Assembly (NCBI GenBank): GCA_963762445.1
Contig: CAVXLA010000004.1
Coordinates: forward strand, 176,893 to 240,892
Source: an uncultured Chloroflexia bacterium
Lineage (GTDB): Bacteria > Chloroflexota > Limnocylindria > Limnocylindrales > CSP1-4
Reading direction: 5' to 3'
Length of the DNA stretch: 64,000 nt
The first letter of the stretch is position 1. Each line of letters opens with the position of its first letter. Positions 33,520 to 41,879 of this stretch are shown in pieces. The position numbers and the translations under genes were made by a program. The notes beneath the pieces were generated by a model. That model had not been told where the DNA came from. It saw only the letters and a list, made by a program, of their open reading frames with translations, and searched no databases.

Positions 33520-34500
33520 CTACCCGCCGGACCCGGCCCCGTAGAGGCGGCGGCGCTGGATGCCGGTGGCCGCGGCCACGCGGCGAGCGGCATCGCCCCG
33601 CGCGGCACCCGCGGCGACCAGCCGCTCCACCTCGGCCCGCGCGCGCTCGAGCGCGTCCTCCCCGCCACGCGACCCGGCGCCAGCGGCCGATGACCGCCGC
33701 GTCGACGCCGTGGCGTCGTCGCCGACCACGATCACCACCTCGCCGCGGGCGGCGATCGAGCCGCCCGCGGCCGCCGCGGCGAGGTCGCCCAGGCTTCCCC
33801 GGCGAACCTCCTCGTGGACCTTCGTCAGCTCGCGGCAGACGGCGGCCGGGCGGCCCATGCCGCAGGCGGCGGCCAGGTCTGCGAGCGTCGCCGCGACGCG
33901 GCCCGGGGCCTCGAAGAGGATCGCCGTGCGCGGATCTTCCGCCACGCGGGCGAGGCGGTCCCGGCGCTCGCGGCCCGACCGCGGCAGGAACCCCTCGAAC
34001 GCCCAGCGCGGGCCGGCGATCCCCGACGCGACGAGCGCCGCCAGCGCCGCCGACGGGCCCGGGATCGGCACGACGGCGCCGCCCTCCGCGGCCCACGCGG
34101 CGACGAGCTCGCCGCCCGGGTCCGAGACGAGCGGAGTGCCGGCGTCGGTGACGAGGGCGAGGTCGGCCCCGCCCCGCAGGTGCGCGAGCAGCTCCGGGCC
34201 CCGGGCCGCCGCGTTGTGGGCGTGGTAGCTCACGAGCCGCGTCGCCAGCCCGTGGCGGGCGAAGAGGCGGCGGCTGTGGCGCGTGTCCTCGGCGGCCACC
34301 AGCGGCACGGTGCCCAGCACCTCCAACGCCCGCATCGTCACGTCGGCGAGGTTGCCGATCGGCGTCGCCACGACGAAGAGGCGGCCCCCGCCGCCCGGCG
34401 CGGCGGCGGCCGGAACGGCCCCGGCCGCGCCCTCGGCCGACTCCGGCACGCTCACGCCCGCCGCCGCGGCACCGCCCCGGGCCGCTTCGGGCGCGCTCAC
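33520..34500 (-). CDS. rsmI: 16S rRNA (cytidine1402-2'-O)-methyltransferase
   Basis: GTG at 34500 overlaps the nadE stop (GTGA). RLFVVATPIGNLADVTMRALEVL, AEDTRHSRRL, DAGTPLVSDPG. The Ala/Gly-rich ~40-aa N-terminus makes the start uncertain. Confidence 0.85.
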   Translation of the reverse strand: MSAPEAARGGAAAAGVSVPESAEGAAGAVPAAAAPGGGGRLFVVATPIGNLADVTMRALEVLGTVPLVAAEDTRHSRRLFARHGLATRLVSYHAHNAAARGPELLAHLRGGADLALVTDAGTPLVSDPGGELVAAWAAEGGAVVPIPGPSAALAALVASGIAGPRWAFEGFLPRSGRERRDRLARVAEDPRTAILFEAPGRVAATLADLAAACGMGRPAAVCRELTKVHEEVRRGSLGDLAAAAAGGSIAARGEVVIVVGDDATASTRRSSAAGAGSRGGEDALERARAEVERLVAAGAARGDAARRVAAATGIQRRRLYGAGSGG

Positions 34501-35405
34501 GACCGGCGGCTGCCGGGTCGCCGCCGGGGGTAGAGGTAGTCCACGCCCGCGGTCCGCGGCCCCAGCTTCGCCACCGGCGGAACCTGCCGCTTGAACTCGG
34601 ACCCGGCCACCATCCGCTCGATCCGGGCGACGGTCGCCGGATCGAAGCCCAGCGCCTCGAGCTCCGGGGCGCTCCGCCGCCGGTCGATCATCCAGAACAG
34701 GAGCCGGTCGAGCTCGTGGTACCGGAAGCCCGCCTCCGCCTCGTCGGTCTGGCCGGGCCACAGGTCGGCGCTGGGCGCCTTGCGCAGGATCGCATCGGGG
34801 ACCCCGACGGCCAGCGCAAGCTGGCGCACCTGGGTCTTGTAGAGGTCGCCGATGGGGTTGAAGGCGCAGGCGCTGTCGCCGAACAGGGTCGTGTACCCGA
34901 TGAGCAATTCGGTCTTGTTGCCGGTCCCGACCACGAGCCCGCCCCACCACGCCGAGGCGTCGTAGAGGACCGACATCCGGGCGCGGGCCATGAAGTTGCC
35001 GCGCCGGAGCGCCGAGGCCGCGAGCGCCTCGCCGCCGCCCGCGCCCGGCACCGCGCCGCCGCCGGCGTCAGCGCCGAAGTAGCCGTCGACGATCGGGCTG
35101 ATGTCGACCAGGCGGCTCGCGCAGCCGAGCCGGGCGACGACCTCCTCGGCGTCGCTGCGCGAGGACGGCGACGAGGTCCGGTACGGCATCATCAGGCACA
35201 GGAGCCGCTCGGCCCCGATGGCCTCCGCGACGAGGTAGGCCACGAGGGCCGAATCGATGCCGCCGGAGAGCCCCAGGACGGCGCGCTCGAAGCCCGCCTG
35301 CCGGAGCTGGCCGCGGATGAAGCCCGCGATGACCCGCCGCGCGCCGTCCGCGTCGATGCGCAGCTCCTCGGGAAGCTCGAACGGCGGCGGGAGGTCGACG
35401 CTCAC
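34497..35405 (-). CDS. nadE: NAD+ synthetase, synthetase (PP-loop) subunit
   Basis: GTG at 35405 overlaps the stop of the CN-hydrolase gene (GTGA). LGLSGGIDSALVAYL PP-loop, GTGNKTELLIGYTTLFGD. 302 aa. Confidence 0.9.
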   Translation of the reverse strand: MSVDLPPPFELPEELRIDADGARRVIAGFIRGQLRQAGFERAVLGLSGGIDSALVAYLVAEAIGAERLLCLMMPYRTSSPSSRSDAEEVVARLGCASRLVDISPIVDGYFGADAGGGAVPGAGGGEALAASALRRGNFMARARMSVLYDASAWWGGLVVGTGNKTELLIGYTTLFGDSACAFNPIGDLYKTQVRQLALAVGVPDAILRKAPSADLWPGQTDEAEAGFRYHELDRLLFWMIDRRRSAPELEALGFDPATVARIERMVAGSEFKRQVPPVAKLGPRTAGVDYLYPRRRPGSRRS

Positions 35406-36352
35406 CCGTCCACCGCCGGGCCGGCCGTCGCGCCGGGCTGCGGGCCGGCGTTCGCGCCGGGGTCGACGCCCGCGGTCGCGTCGGGCCCGAGGTCCGCCCG
35501 CTCCGCCACGATCCGCGCCAGCTCGCGCACGAGGAGCTCCGGGCGCTCGTCGCGCAGGAGGGGCAGGGCGATCCGCTCCCGGCGCACGTCGTCGAGCGGC
35601 ACGTCCGCGTAGACGAGAGCCTCGTCGTACAGGGGCGCCCGCGCCAGCGACTCCCCGCTGGGCCCGATCACCTCGCTGCCGCCCCAGAAGCTGATCGATT
35701 CGTCCACGCCGACCCGGTTGCAGAAGACGACCACGCTCGTGGTCAGCTGGGCGTAGGTCCGCAGCAGGGAGCGCCACGAGACGGCCGTCCCGAGCCCTTC
35801 CGCGTGGGAGGCGGCCAGGTCGCGGCCGGGCGACGAGGAGACGTTCACGAGGACCTGGGCCCCGTCGAGGGCAAGGACCTGGGCCGTCCCCAGGTGCCAG
35901 AAGTCCTCGCAGATGGCGAGCCCGACGCCCACCCCCAGCCGTGAGGGCACGGCCCGGATCGCGTCCCCGGCCGCGAAGAAGCGCCGCTCGTCGAAGAGGC
36001 CGTAGGTGGGCAGGTGGACCTTGCGCTGCACGTGGCGGACGGCCCCGTCCTCCAGCAGGGCGGCGGCGATGAAGAGGCGGTGATCGGCCGACTCCTCCAC
36101 GAAGCTCACGACGGCGGAGCAGTCGGCGGTCTCGGCGGCCAGCGCGGCGAGCCGCGGGTCGTCGAGGCGCATCGCCACCTCCGCCGCGAGGTCCTGGAGC
36201 AGATAGCCCGTGAGGCCCAGCTCCGGGAAGACCACGAGGGCCGCGCCGCCGGCCTTCGCCTCGCGGATCACGGCCGCATGGCGGTCGAGGTTCGCCTCGA
36301 GGTCCCCGAGGCGGGGCGCGACCTGGGCGAGGGCGACGCGAACCGGCTGCAC
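35402..36352 (-). CDS. Carbon-nitrogen hydrolase (nitrilase superfamily); probable glutaminase partner of NadE
   Basis: 316 aa, GTG start. MQPVRVALAQVAPRLGDLEANL. Triad contexts VVFPELGLTGY (E), RKVHLPTYG (K), GLAICEDFW (C). Confidence 0.85.
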   Translation of the reverse strand: MQPVRVALAQVAPRLGDLEANLDRHAAVIREAKAGGAALVVFPELGLTGYLLQDLAAEVAMRLDDPRLAALAAETADCSAVVSFVEESADHRLFIAAALLEDGAVRHVQRKVHLPTYGLFDERRFFAAGDAIRAVPSRLGVGVGLAICEDFWHLGTAQVLALDGAQVLVNVSSSPGRDLAASHAEGLGTAVSWRSLLRTYAQLTTSVVVFCNRVGVDESISFWGGSEVIGPSGESLARAPLYDEALVYADVPLDDVRRERIALPLLRDERPELLVRELARIVAERADLGPDATAGVDPGANAGPQPGATAGPAVDG

Positions 36353-36357
36353 GGCTG

Positions 36358-37712
36358 GAGTCTAGATCCCATGGGGTCTTGTCAAGTGCCGAACCCCCAA
36401 TCGGGGTCGAAGTCGGCCCCGTTGCGCCAGACGCCCCAGACGATGCTGAGCGCCTTGCGCATGCAGTGGCCGAGCGCGTTCATCTTCGATTTGCCGGCGG
36501 CTCGCTTCCGAGCGTAGTGGGCGGCGATGACCGGGTTGTGCTGGACGCCGACGACGGCCATCCGGTAGGCCGCCGCCCGCAGGTGGCTGTTGCCGGCCTT
36601 GCTCATGTGCCAGGCGGTCTCGGGGTTGGCCCCCTTGCGGCCCGAGCTCCGCTCGGCGGGATGGACCCCGGCGTACGCCAGGAGCTGGTCGAAGTCGGTG
36701 AACCGCTCGATGTCGCCGATCTCGGCGAGGAGGGTCGCGGCGGTCGAGGGCCCGACGCCCGGGATCGTCTGGAGCCGCCGGGCGGTCTCGCCGTCGAGGA
36801 GCTCGGCGACCCGCCGGTCGGCCTCCTCGATCTGGCGCTCGAGCAGGTCGTACTGGTCGAGCAGCAAGCCGACCTCGAAGGCGACCTCGGCGTCGAGCTC
36901 GGGCACGGCGATCGAGTCGGCCGCGGCGACCTGGAGCCGCTCGGCCCTCGCCGGGCCCAGCCGACGATGACCCGGCCCGGCGTTCGCGTTGGCCAGGGTC
37001 GACGTCCGCCGCCGGGTGGCGGCCCGGGCCGTGGGGGCGATCCGGAGGACCTCCCGGGCGGTCCGGCAGGTCGGGTCGTCGAACAGCTCGCCGAGCTCCG
37101 GGAAGCCGAGCTCGACGAGCCGGACCAGGCGCTGGCAGACCTTGGCCTGCTCTGTCGACGAGGGTCATCGCGAAGCGGGCCGCCTGGCGCAGCTCGGCTC
37201 CGGCGAGCGGGTCGCGGACGGGGGGCGTGTCGCGCATGGCCATCTCGGCGAGGCTCCGGGCATCGGCCGGATCGGACTTCGTCCGGGCGAGCCGGCTCTT
37301 GGCAAAGTACTTCGCCGCGAGCGGGTTGACCACGGCGACCGGGATGTCCCGGCGCCCCAGGTGCGAGGCGAGCGGCATCCAGTAGTGGCCCGACGACTCC
37401 ATCGTCACGAGCGTCACCGGTTCTCCCTGTCGCTCGAGCCAGGCGTCGAGCGCGGCAAAACCGGCCCGGCTCTGGCTGACCCGGAGGATCTCCCGGTCAG
37501 CGCGGCTCGTGCCGTCCCGGCAGCGAGCCACGGCATGCATCCGTCCCCCGATGTCGATCCCGATCGTCGTCATCCGGGCAGCCTCCTTCCGCGGACCCCA
37601 GGGGTGCCCGCTCTCCCCGGTCGACGTCAGCTGATGGGTCCGATCACCGGTCAGCGCCGCAGGATCCCGATCACCGTTCACGGCCGGAGGACGGGGGCCG
37701 GACACTAGACTC
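36358..37712 (-). mobile_element. IS110-family insertion sequence (boundaries approximate)
   Basis: Contains a DEDD-type transposase. About 139 nt non-coding 5' of it and about 24 nt 3' of it. A CTAG-containing 8-mer lies at both limits (GAGTCTAG 36358-36365, CTAGACTC 37705-37712). No long terminal inverted repeats, as expected for IS110. Confidence 0.65.
36382..37573 (-). pseudogene. IS110-family (DEDD) transposase interrupted by a +1 frameshift near 37153
   Basis: N-terminal frame from ATG 37573 (GGAAGGAGG RBS): MTTIGIDIGGRMHAVARC...TMESSGHYWMPLA...RFAMTLVD. The sequence then continues in another frame: EQAKVCQRLVRLVELGFPELGELFDDPTCRTAREVL...IPGVGPSTAATLLAEIGDIERF...NPVIAAHYARKRAAGKSKMNALGHCMRKAL. 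Total length is 1192 nt, which is 397 codons plus 1 nt. Confidence 0.8.
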
Positions 37713-37850
37713 AACGGTCATCTGCCGGATAGCCGGCTGCCGGTCTCCCCGTGGAGGTCGGTGCCATCATCGACCTCCCAGCGAGGTATATCAGCCGCTC
37801 CGGCGATCCCTTCGAACCGGGAAGGCCGGCAGGTCGTATCACGCAGCGAG

Positions 37851-37880
37851 GTGACGACGGCGCTCGGCCGGTGCTAGGCT
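37851..37880 (+). promoter_or_regulatory. Candidate promoter of ABC operon 1
   Basis: GTGACG (37851-37856), N18, TAGGCT (37875-37880) with a TG two nt upstream (extended -10), 86 nt before the SBP start. Confidence 0.3.
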
Positions 37881-37966
37881 GGCGCGCACCCGGGCGACTC
37901 GAGGAGAGCGGGTCGCCGTCTGTGTGTGGCCGTCCCCCGGGACGGCAGAGAGGAGGACCAACGAGC

Positions 37967-39718
37967 ATGCCCGGAACACCGTGGCGCGCCCGCCTTGCCG
38001 CGCTTGGAGCCACGACCGCGATCCTGGTCACGGCCTGCGGCGGCGCGGCGACACCCACCCCGGCCCCGGCGACGGCGCCCCCGACGGCAGCCCCGACCGC
38101 GGCCCCGGCCACCGAGGCTCCCTACACCGCTCTCACCTACCCGTCCACGGGCGAGGTCGACTGCGCCGCCCAGACATTCAACGGCCAAGCCTACGTCGGC
38201 GAGCTGAAGCAGATCAAGGCCCTCGACGCGAAGACGGTGGAGTTCACCCTCTGCACGCCGGACGTCGCCTTCCTCTCGAAGGTCGCCTTCGCCTCCGTGC
38301 CGGTCTTCGATGCCGACTGGCTCGCGAAGGCAGTCGCCGATGGCTCGTTCCTTGACAAGCCGAACGGCACCGGCCCGTACAAGCTCAAGGAATGGACCAA
38401 GGGCGAGCGCATGGTCCTCGAGGCCAACCCCGACTACTGGGGCGACAAGGCCCAGGTGCCCAACCTCGTATTCCGCTGGAGCGGCGAGGCGGCGCAGCGG
38501 CTGGTCGAGCTCAAGTCGGCGGCCGTCGACGGGATCGACAATCCCGGCACCGACGACATCGCAACGATCCAGGCGGACTCCTCGCTCAGGTTCGACCCGC
38601 GCGCGGCGCTCAACGTCTTCTACCTGGGCATGAACAACACGGTCAAGCCGTGGGACAACGAGAAGGTCCGCCAGGCGATCGCCATGGGCATCGACCGCAA
38701 GCGGATCGTCGACACCTTCTACCCCAAGGGCTCGGAGGTCGCCACCCACTTCACGCCGTGCGTGATCCCCTTCGCCTGCGGCGGTGCCGACTGGTATGGG
38801 TTCGACGCGGCGGCGGCCAAGAAGCTGCTTGCCGACGCCGGCTATCCCGACGGATTCAAGACGAAGATCCAGTACCGCGACGTCGTCCGCGGCTACCTGC
38901 CCGATCCGGCCGTCGTCGCCCAGGACCTGCAGGCCCAGCTCAAGGCCAACCTGAACATCGACGCCACGATCGAGGTCCAGGAGTCGGGCACGTTCCTCGA
39001 CAACAACGCGGCCGGCACGCTGGATGGCCTGTTCATGCTCGGCTGGACCGGCGACTGGCCGGACGCCACGAACTTCATGGACTACCACTTCGGCGCGGGA
39101 GCCGGCAAGAAGTTCGGCACCCCGTACACGGACATCGTGTCGGCCCTGAACACGGGCGGCCAGACGGCGGACACGGCGGCCCGCGAGGCGGCCTACACCC
39201 AGGCCAACGAGCTCGTCAAGCAGCACGTGCCGATGGTCCCCATCGCCCACAGCGCCTCCGGCACCGCCTGGCTGGCAGACGTCGAAGGGGCGGTGTCTTC
39301 GCCGCTCGGTGACGAGTTCTTCTTCCCCGTCAAGCCGGGGACCCGCGACACGGTGGTCTGGATGCAGAACGCCGAGCCGCTCAGCCTGTACTGCCCGGAC
39401 GAGACGGACGGCGAGACGATCCGGGCCTGCATCCAGATCTACCAGGGTCTCTACACGGTCAAGGTCGGCGGGACCGACCCACTGCCGGCCCTCGCCACGG
39501 AGTGCAAGCCCAACGCGGAGCTCTCCGTGTGGACATGTACGCTCCGCGACGGCGTGAAGTTCGAGGACGGCGCCGCCCTCGACGCCAACGACGTCGTGAC
39601 GTCGTTCTCGGCCCAGTGGGACGCGGCCAACCCGCTCCACAAGGGCCGGACGAGCGTCTTCGAGTACTGGGCCACGCTGTTCGGCGGTTACCTCAACCCG
39701 CCGCCTCCAGCCCAGTAG
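37967..39718 (+). CDS. ABC transporter substrate-binding lipoprotein, family 5 (peptide/nickel type)
   Basis: ATG at 37967, AGGAGG at 37951. MPGTPWRARLAALGATTAILVTACGG (lipobox), Pro/Thr/Ala linker, then NGTGPYKLKEWTKGERMVLEANPDYWG. Confidence 0.9.
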   Translation: MPGTPWRARLAALGATTAILVTACGGAATPTPAPATAPPTAAPTAAPATEAPYTALTYPSTGEVDCAAQTFNGQAYVGELKQIKALDAKTVEFTLCTPDVAFLSKVAFASVPVFDADWLAKAVADGSFLDKPNGTGPYKLKEWTKGERMVLEANPDYWGDKAQVPNLVFRWSGEAAQRLVELKSAAVDGIDNPGTDDIATIQADSSLRFDPRAALNVFYLGMNNTVKPWDNEKVRQAIAMGIDRKRIVDTFYPKGSEVATHFTPCVIPFACGGADWYGFDAAAAKKLLADAGYPDGFKTKIQYRDVVRGYLPDPAVVAQDLQAQLKANLNIDATIEVQESGTFLDNNAAGTLDGLFMLGWTGDWPDATNFMDYHFGAGAGKKFGTPYTDIVSALNTGGQTADTAAREAAYTQANELVKQHVPMVPIAHSASGTAWLADVEGAVSSPLGDEFFFPVKPGTRDTVVWMQNAEPLSLYCPDETDGETIRACIQIYQGLYTVKVGGTDPLPALATECKPNAELSVWTCTLRDGVKFEDGAALDANDVVTSFSAQWDAANPLHKGRTSVFEYWATLFGGYLNPPPPAQ

Positions 39719-39738
39719 TCGCAGCCACAGCGCAGCGG

Positions 39739-39777
39739 GTGCTGCGGGCGTCGCGCCAGGCGCGACGCCCGCAGCAC
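39739..39777 (+). terminator. Very stable intra-operon hairpin after the SBP gene (partial terminator / mRNA stabiliser candidate)
   Basis: GTGCTGCGGGCGTCGCGCC-A-GGCGCGACGCCCGCAGCAC, 19+19 nt perfectly complementary. Sits 20 nt after the SBP stop and 31 nt before the permease ATG. Confidence 0.5.
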
Positions 39778-39808
39778 ATCACGTTCCTGGGAGTCACCGC
39801 GACGGCCA

Positions 39809-40885
39809 ATGGCCCGCTTCATCCTCCGCCGGCTCCTGCTCAGCATCCCGGTCCTGCTGGGAATCATCTTCATCGTGTTCGCTCTCGCCCGGATCATCCC
39901 GGGCGATCCGTGCCGGGCATCCCTGGGTGAGCGTGCGACGGACGCTGCGTGCGACGACTTCATTCATCGCTACGGGCTCGACCAGCCGATCCCGGCCCAG
40001 TTCGTGGGCTACATCGGCCAGCTCCTGAGCGGCGACCTCGGCCAGTCGATCAAGTTCAGCCGACCGGTCACGACGGTGCTCGTCGAGCGCCTCCCCACGA
40101 CGATCGAGCTCACGTTCTTCGCCCTGCTCATCGCAACGGTCTTCGGAGTCCTCCTGGGGCTGCTCTCGGCCCTGCGCCGCAACTCGCCGATCGACGTGGT
40201 GACGATGATCGGGGCAAACCTGGGCGTCTCGATCCCCGTCTTCGTCCTCGGCCTGCTCCTCGCCTACCTGTTCGCGATCGTCCTCAAGGACACGCCGCTC
40301 GCGCTGCCCCCGTCAGGCCGGCTGAGCGCCGACGTGACCGTCAGGCCACTCGCCGAGTCCTGGGGCCTGCAGGGCCTGGGCGGCCTGCCGCGCGGCCTGC
40401 TCGACTTCGTGTCGAACATCTACACCCTCAACGCCCTGCTCACGTTCCAGTGGAACGCGCTCGTCGACGCCCTGCGCCACCTGATCCTGCCCGCGTTCGC
40501 CCTGGCCACCATCCCGATGGCGATCATCGCCCGGATGACCCGCTCCTCGATCCTCGACGTCCTCGGCCTGGATTACGTCCGGACGGCGCGGGCCAAGGGG
40601 CTGCGCGAGGGCCTGGTGATCCGCCGGCACGCCCTGCGGAACGCCATGCTGCCGGTCGTGACGATCGTCGGGCTGCAGCTGGGCGGACTGCTGGCCGGGG
40701 CGGTCCTGACCGAGACGATCTTCAACCTGTCCGGGGTTGGCAGGACGATGTACGAGGCCATCACCGGTCGCGACTACGTCGTGATCCAGGGCTTCACGCT
40801 CGTCATCGCCCTGGGCTACCTCGCCGTGAACCTCGTGGTGGACGTCTCGTACGCCTTCTTGGACCCGCGGGTCCGGCTGAGCTGA
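39809..40885 (+). CDS. ABC transporter permease (DppB/OppB-like)
   Basis: 358 aa, MARFILRRLLLSIPVLLGIIFIVFALARIIPGDP.... EAA-type loop DYVRTARAKGL. Confidence 0.92.
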   Translation: MARFILRRLLLSIPVLLGIIFIVFALARIIPGDPCRASLGERATDAACDDFIHRYGLDQPIPAQFVGYIGQLLSGDLGQSIKFSRPVTTVLVERLPTTIELTFFALLIATVFGVLLGLLSALRRNSPIDVVTMIGANLGVSIPVFVLGLLLAYLFAIVLKDTPLALPPSGRLSADVTVRPLAESWGLQGLGGLPRGLLDFVSNIYTLNALLTFQWNALVDALRHLILPAFALATIPMAIIARMTRSSILDVLGLDYVRTARAKGLREGLVIRRHALRNAMLPVVTIVGLQLGGLLAGAVLTETIFNLSGVGRTMYEAITGRDYVVIQGFTLVIALGYLAVNLVVDVSYAFLDPRVRLS

Positions 40886-40904
40886 GCGCCGAGGAGCCTG
40901 CCTG

Positions 40905-41879
40905 ATGACCGTTCCCCCTCCGTCCGAGCCGGGCAGCGCGTCGATGCCCGGGCTCCCCGCCAACGCGGCGGGAGAGACGCTGACCGCGGGCCCCACGAGC
41001 CTCTGGCGCGACACCCTCCGCAGCGTGCTCCGCCAGCGCTCGGCGCAGGTGGGCCTCGTTCTCATCGGCCTGCTCTTCACTGCGGCCATCCTCGCGGACT
41101 TCATCGCTCCGTACGACCCGAACCAGGTCCTGATCGGGGTCGAGACCGGCATCACCAAGCGCGCGGCGCCGTGCATCCACCTCCTCGGCTGTGCGGTCGA
41201 TACGCCGGAGCACATCTTCGGGCTCGACGGGAACCTTCGTGACGAGTTCAGCCGGGTCCTGCACGGTTCACGGGTCTCGCTCCAGATCGGCTTCCTGACC
41301 GTCGGCTTCGCCATCCTGGTCGGCTCGTTCATCGGGGCCATCGCGGGATTTGCCGGAGGGATGACGGACAACGTCCTGATGCGGTTCATGGACGTCCTGC
41401 TCGCGTTCCCGTCCCTGATCCTGGCCATCGCCATCGTGACCTTCCTCGGGTCCGGCCTCATCAACGCGCAGCTGGCGATCGGCATCGTCGCGATCCCGAT
41501 CTTCGCGCGCGTTGCGCGCGCGTCCGTCCTGTCGGTCCGGGAGCAGGACTACGTGACGGCGGCCAGGGCGCTCGGTGAATCCCCGGCGGGCATCCTCCGT
41601 CGCCGGATCCTGCCCAATGCCCTCACGCCGCTGGTCGTCCAGGGAACGCTCGGGATCGCCGTGGCCATCCTCGACGTCGCCGCCCTCTCCTTCCTCGGAC
41701 TGGGAGCACAGCCGCCGCTCGCCGAGTGGGGCTCGATGATCGGGCTCGAGCGGAACCAGGTCTTCACGGCCCCGCACCTCCTGCTGGCGCCGGGGATCGC
41801 GATCGTGGTGACGGTGCTCGCCTTCAACCTGCTCGGCGACGGCCTGCGCGACGCCCTCGACCCGAGGCTCAACCGATGA
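40905..41879 (+). CDS. ABC transporter permease (DppC/OppC-like)
   Basis: 324 aa polytopic. ...QDYVTAARALGESPAGILRRRILPNAL.... Confidence 0.92.
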   Translation: MTVPPPSEPGSASMPGLPANAAGETLTAGPTSLWRDTLRSVLRQRSAQVGLVLIGLLFTAAILADFIAPYDPNQVLIGVETGITKRAAPCIHLLGCAVDTPEHIFGLDGNLRDEFSRVLHGSRVSLQIGFLTVGFAILVGSFIGAIAGFAGGMTDNVLMRFMDVLLAFPSLILAIAIVTFLGSGLINAQLAIGIVAIPIFARVARASVLSVREQDYVTAARALGESPAGILRRRILPNALTPLVVQGTLGIAVAILDVAALSFLGLGAQPPLAEWGSMIGLERNQVFTAPHLLLAPGIAIVVTVLAFNLLGDGLRDALDPRLNR

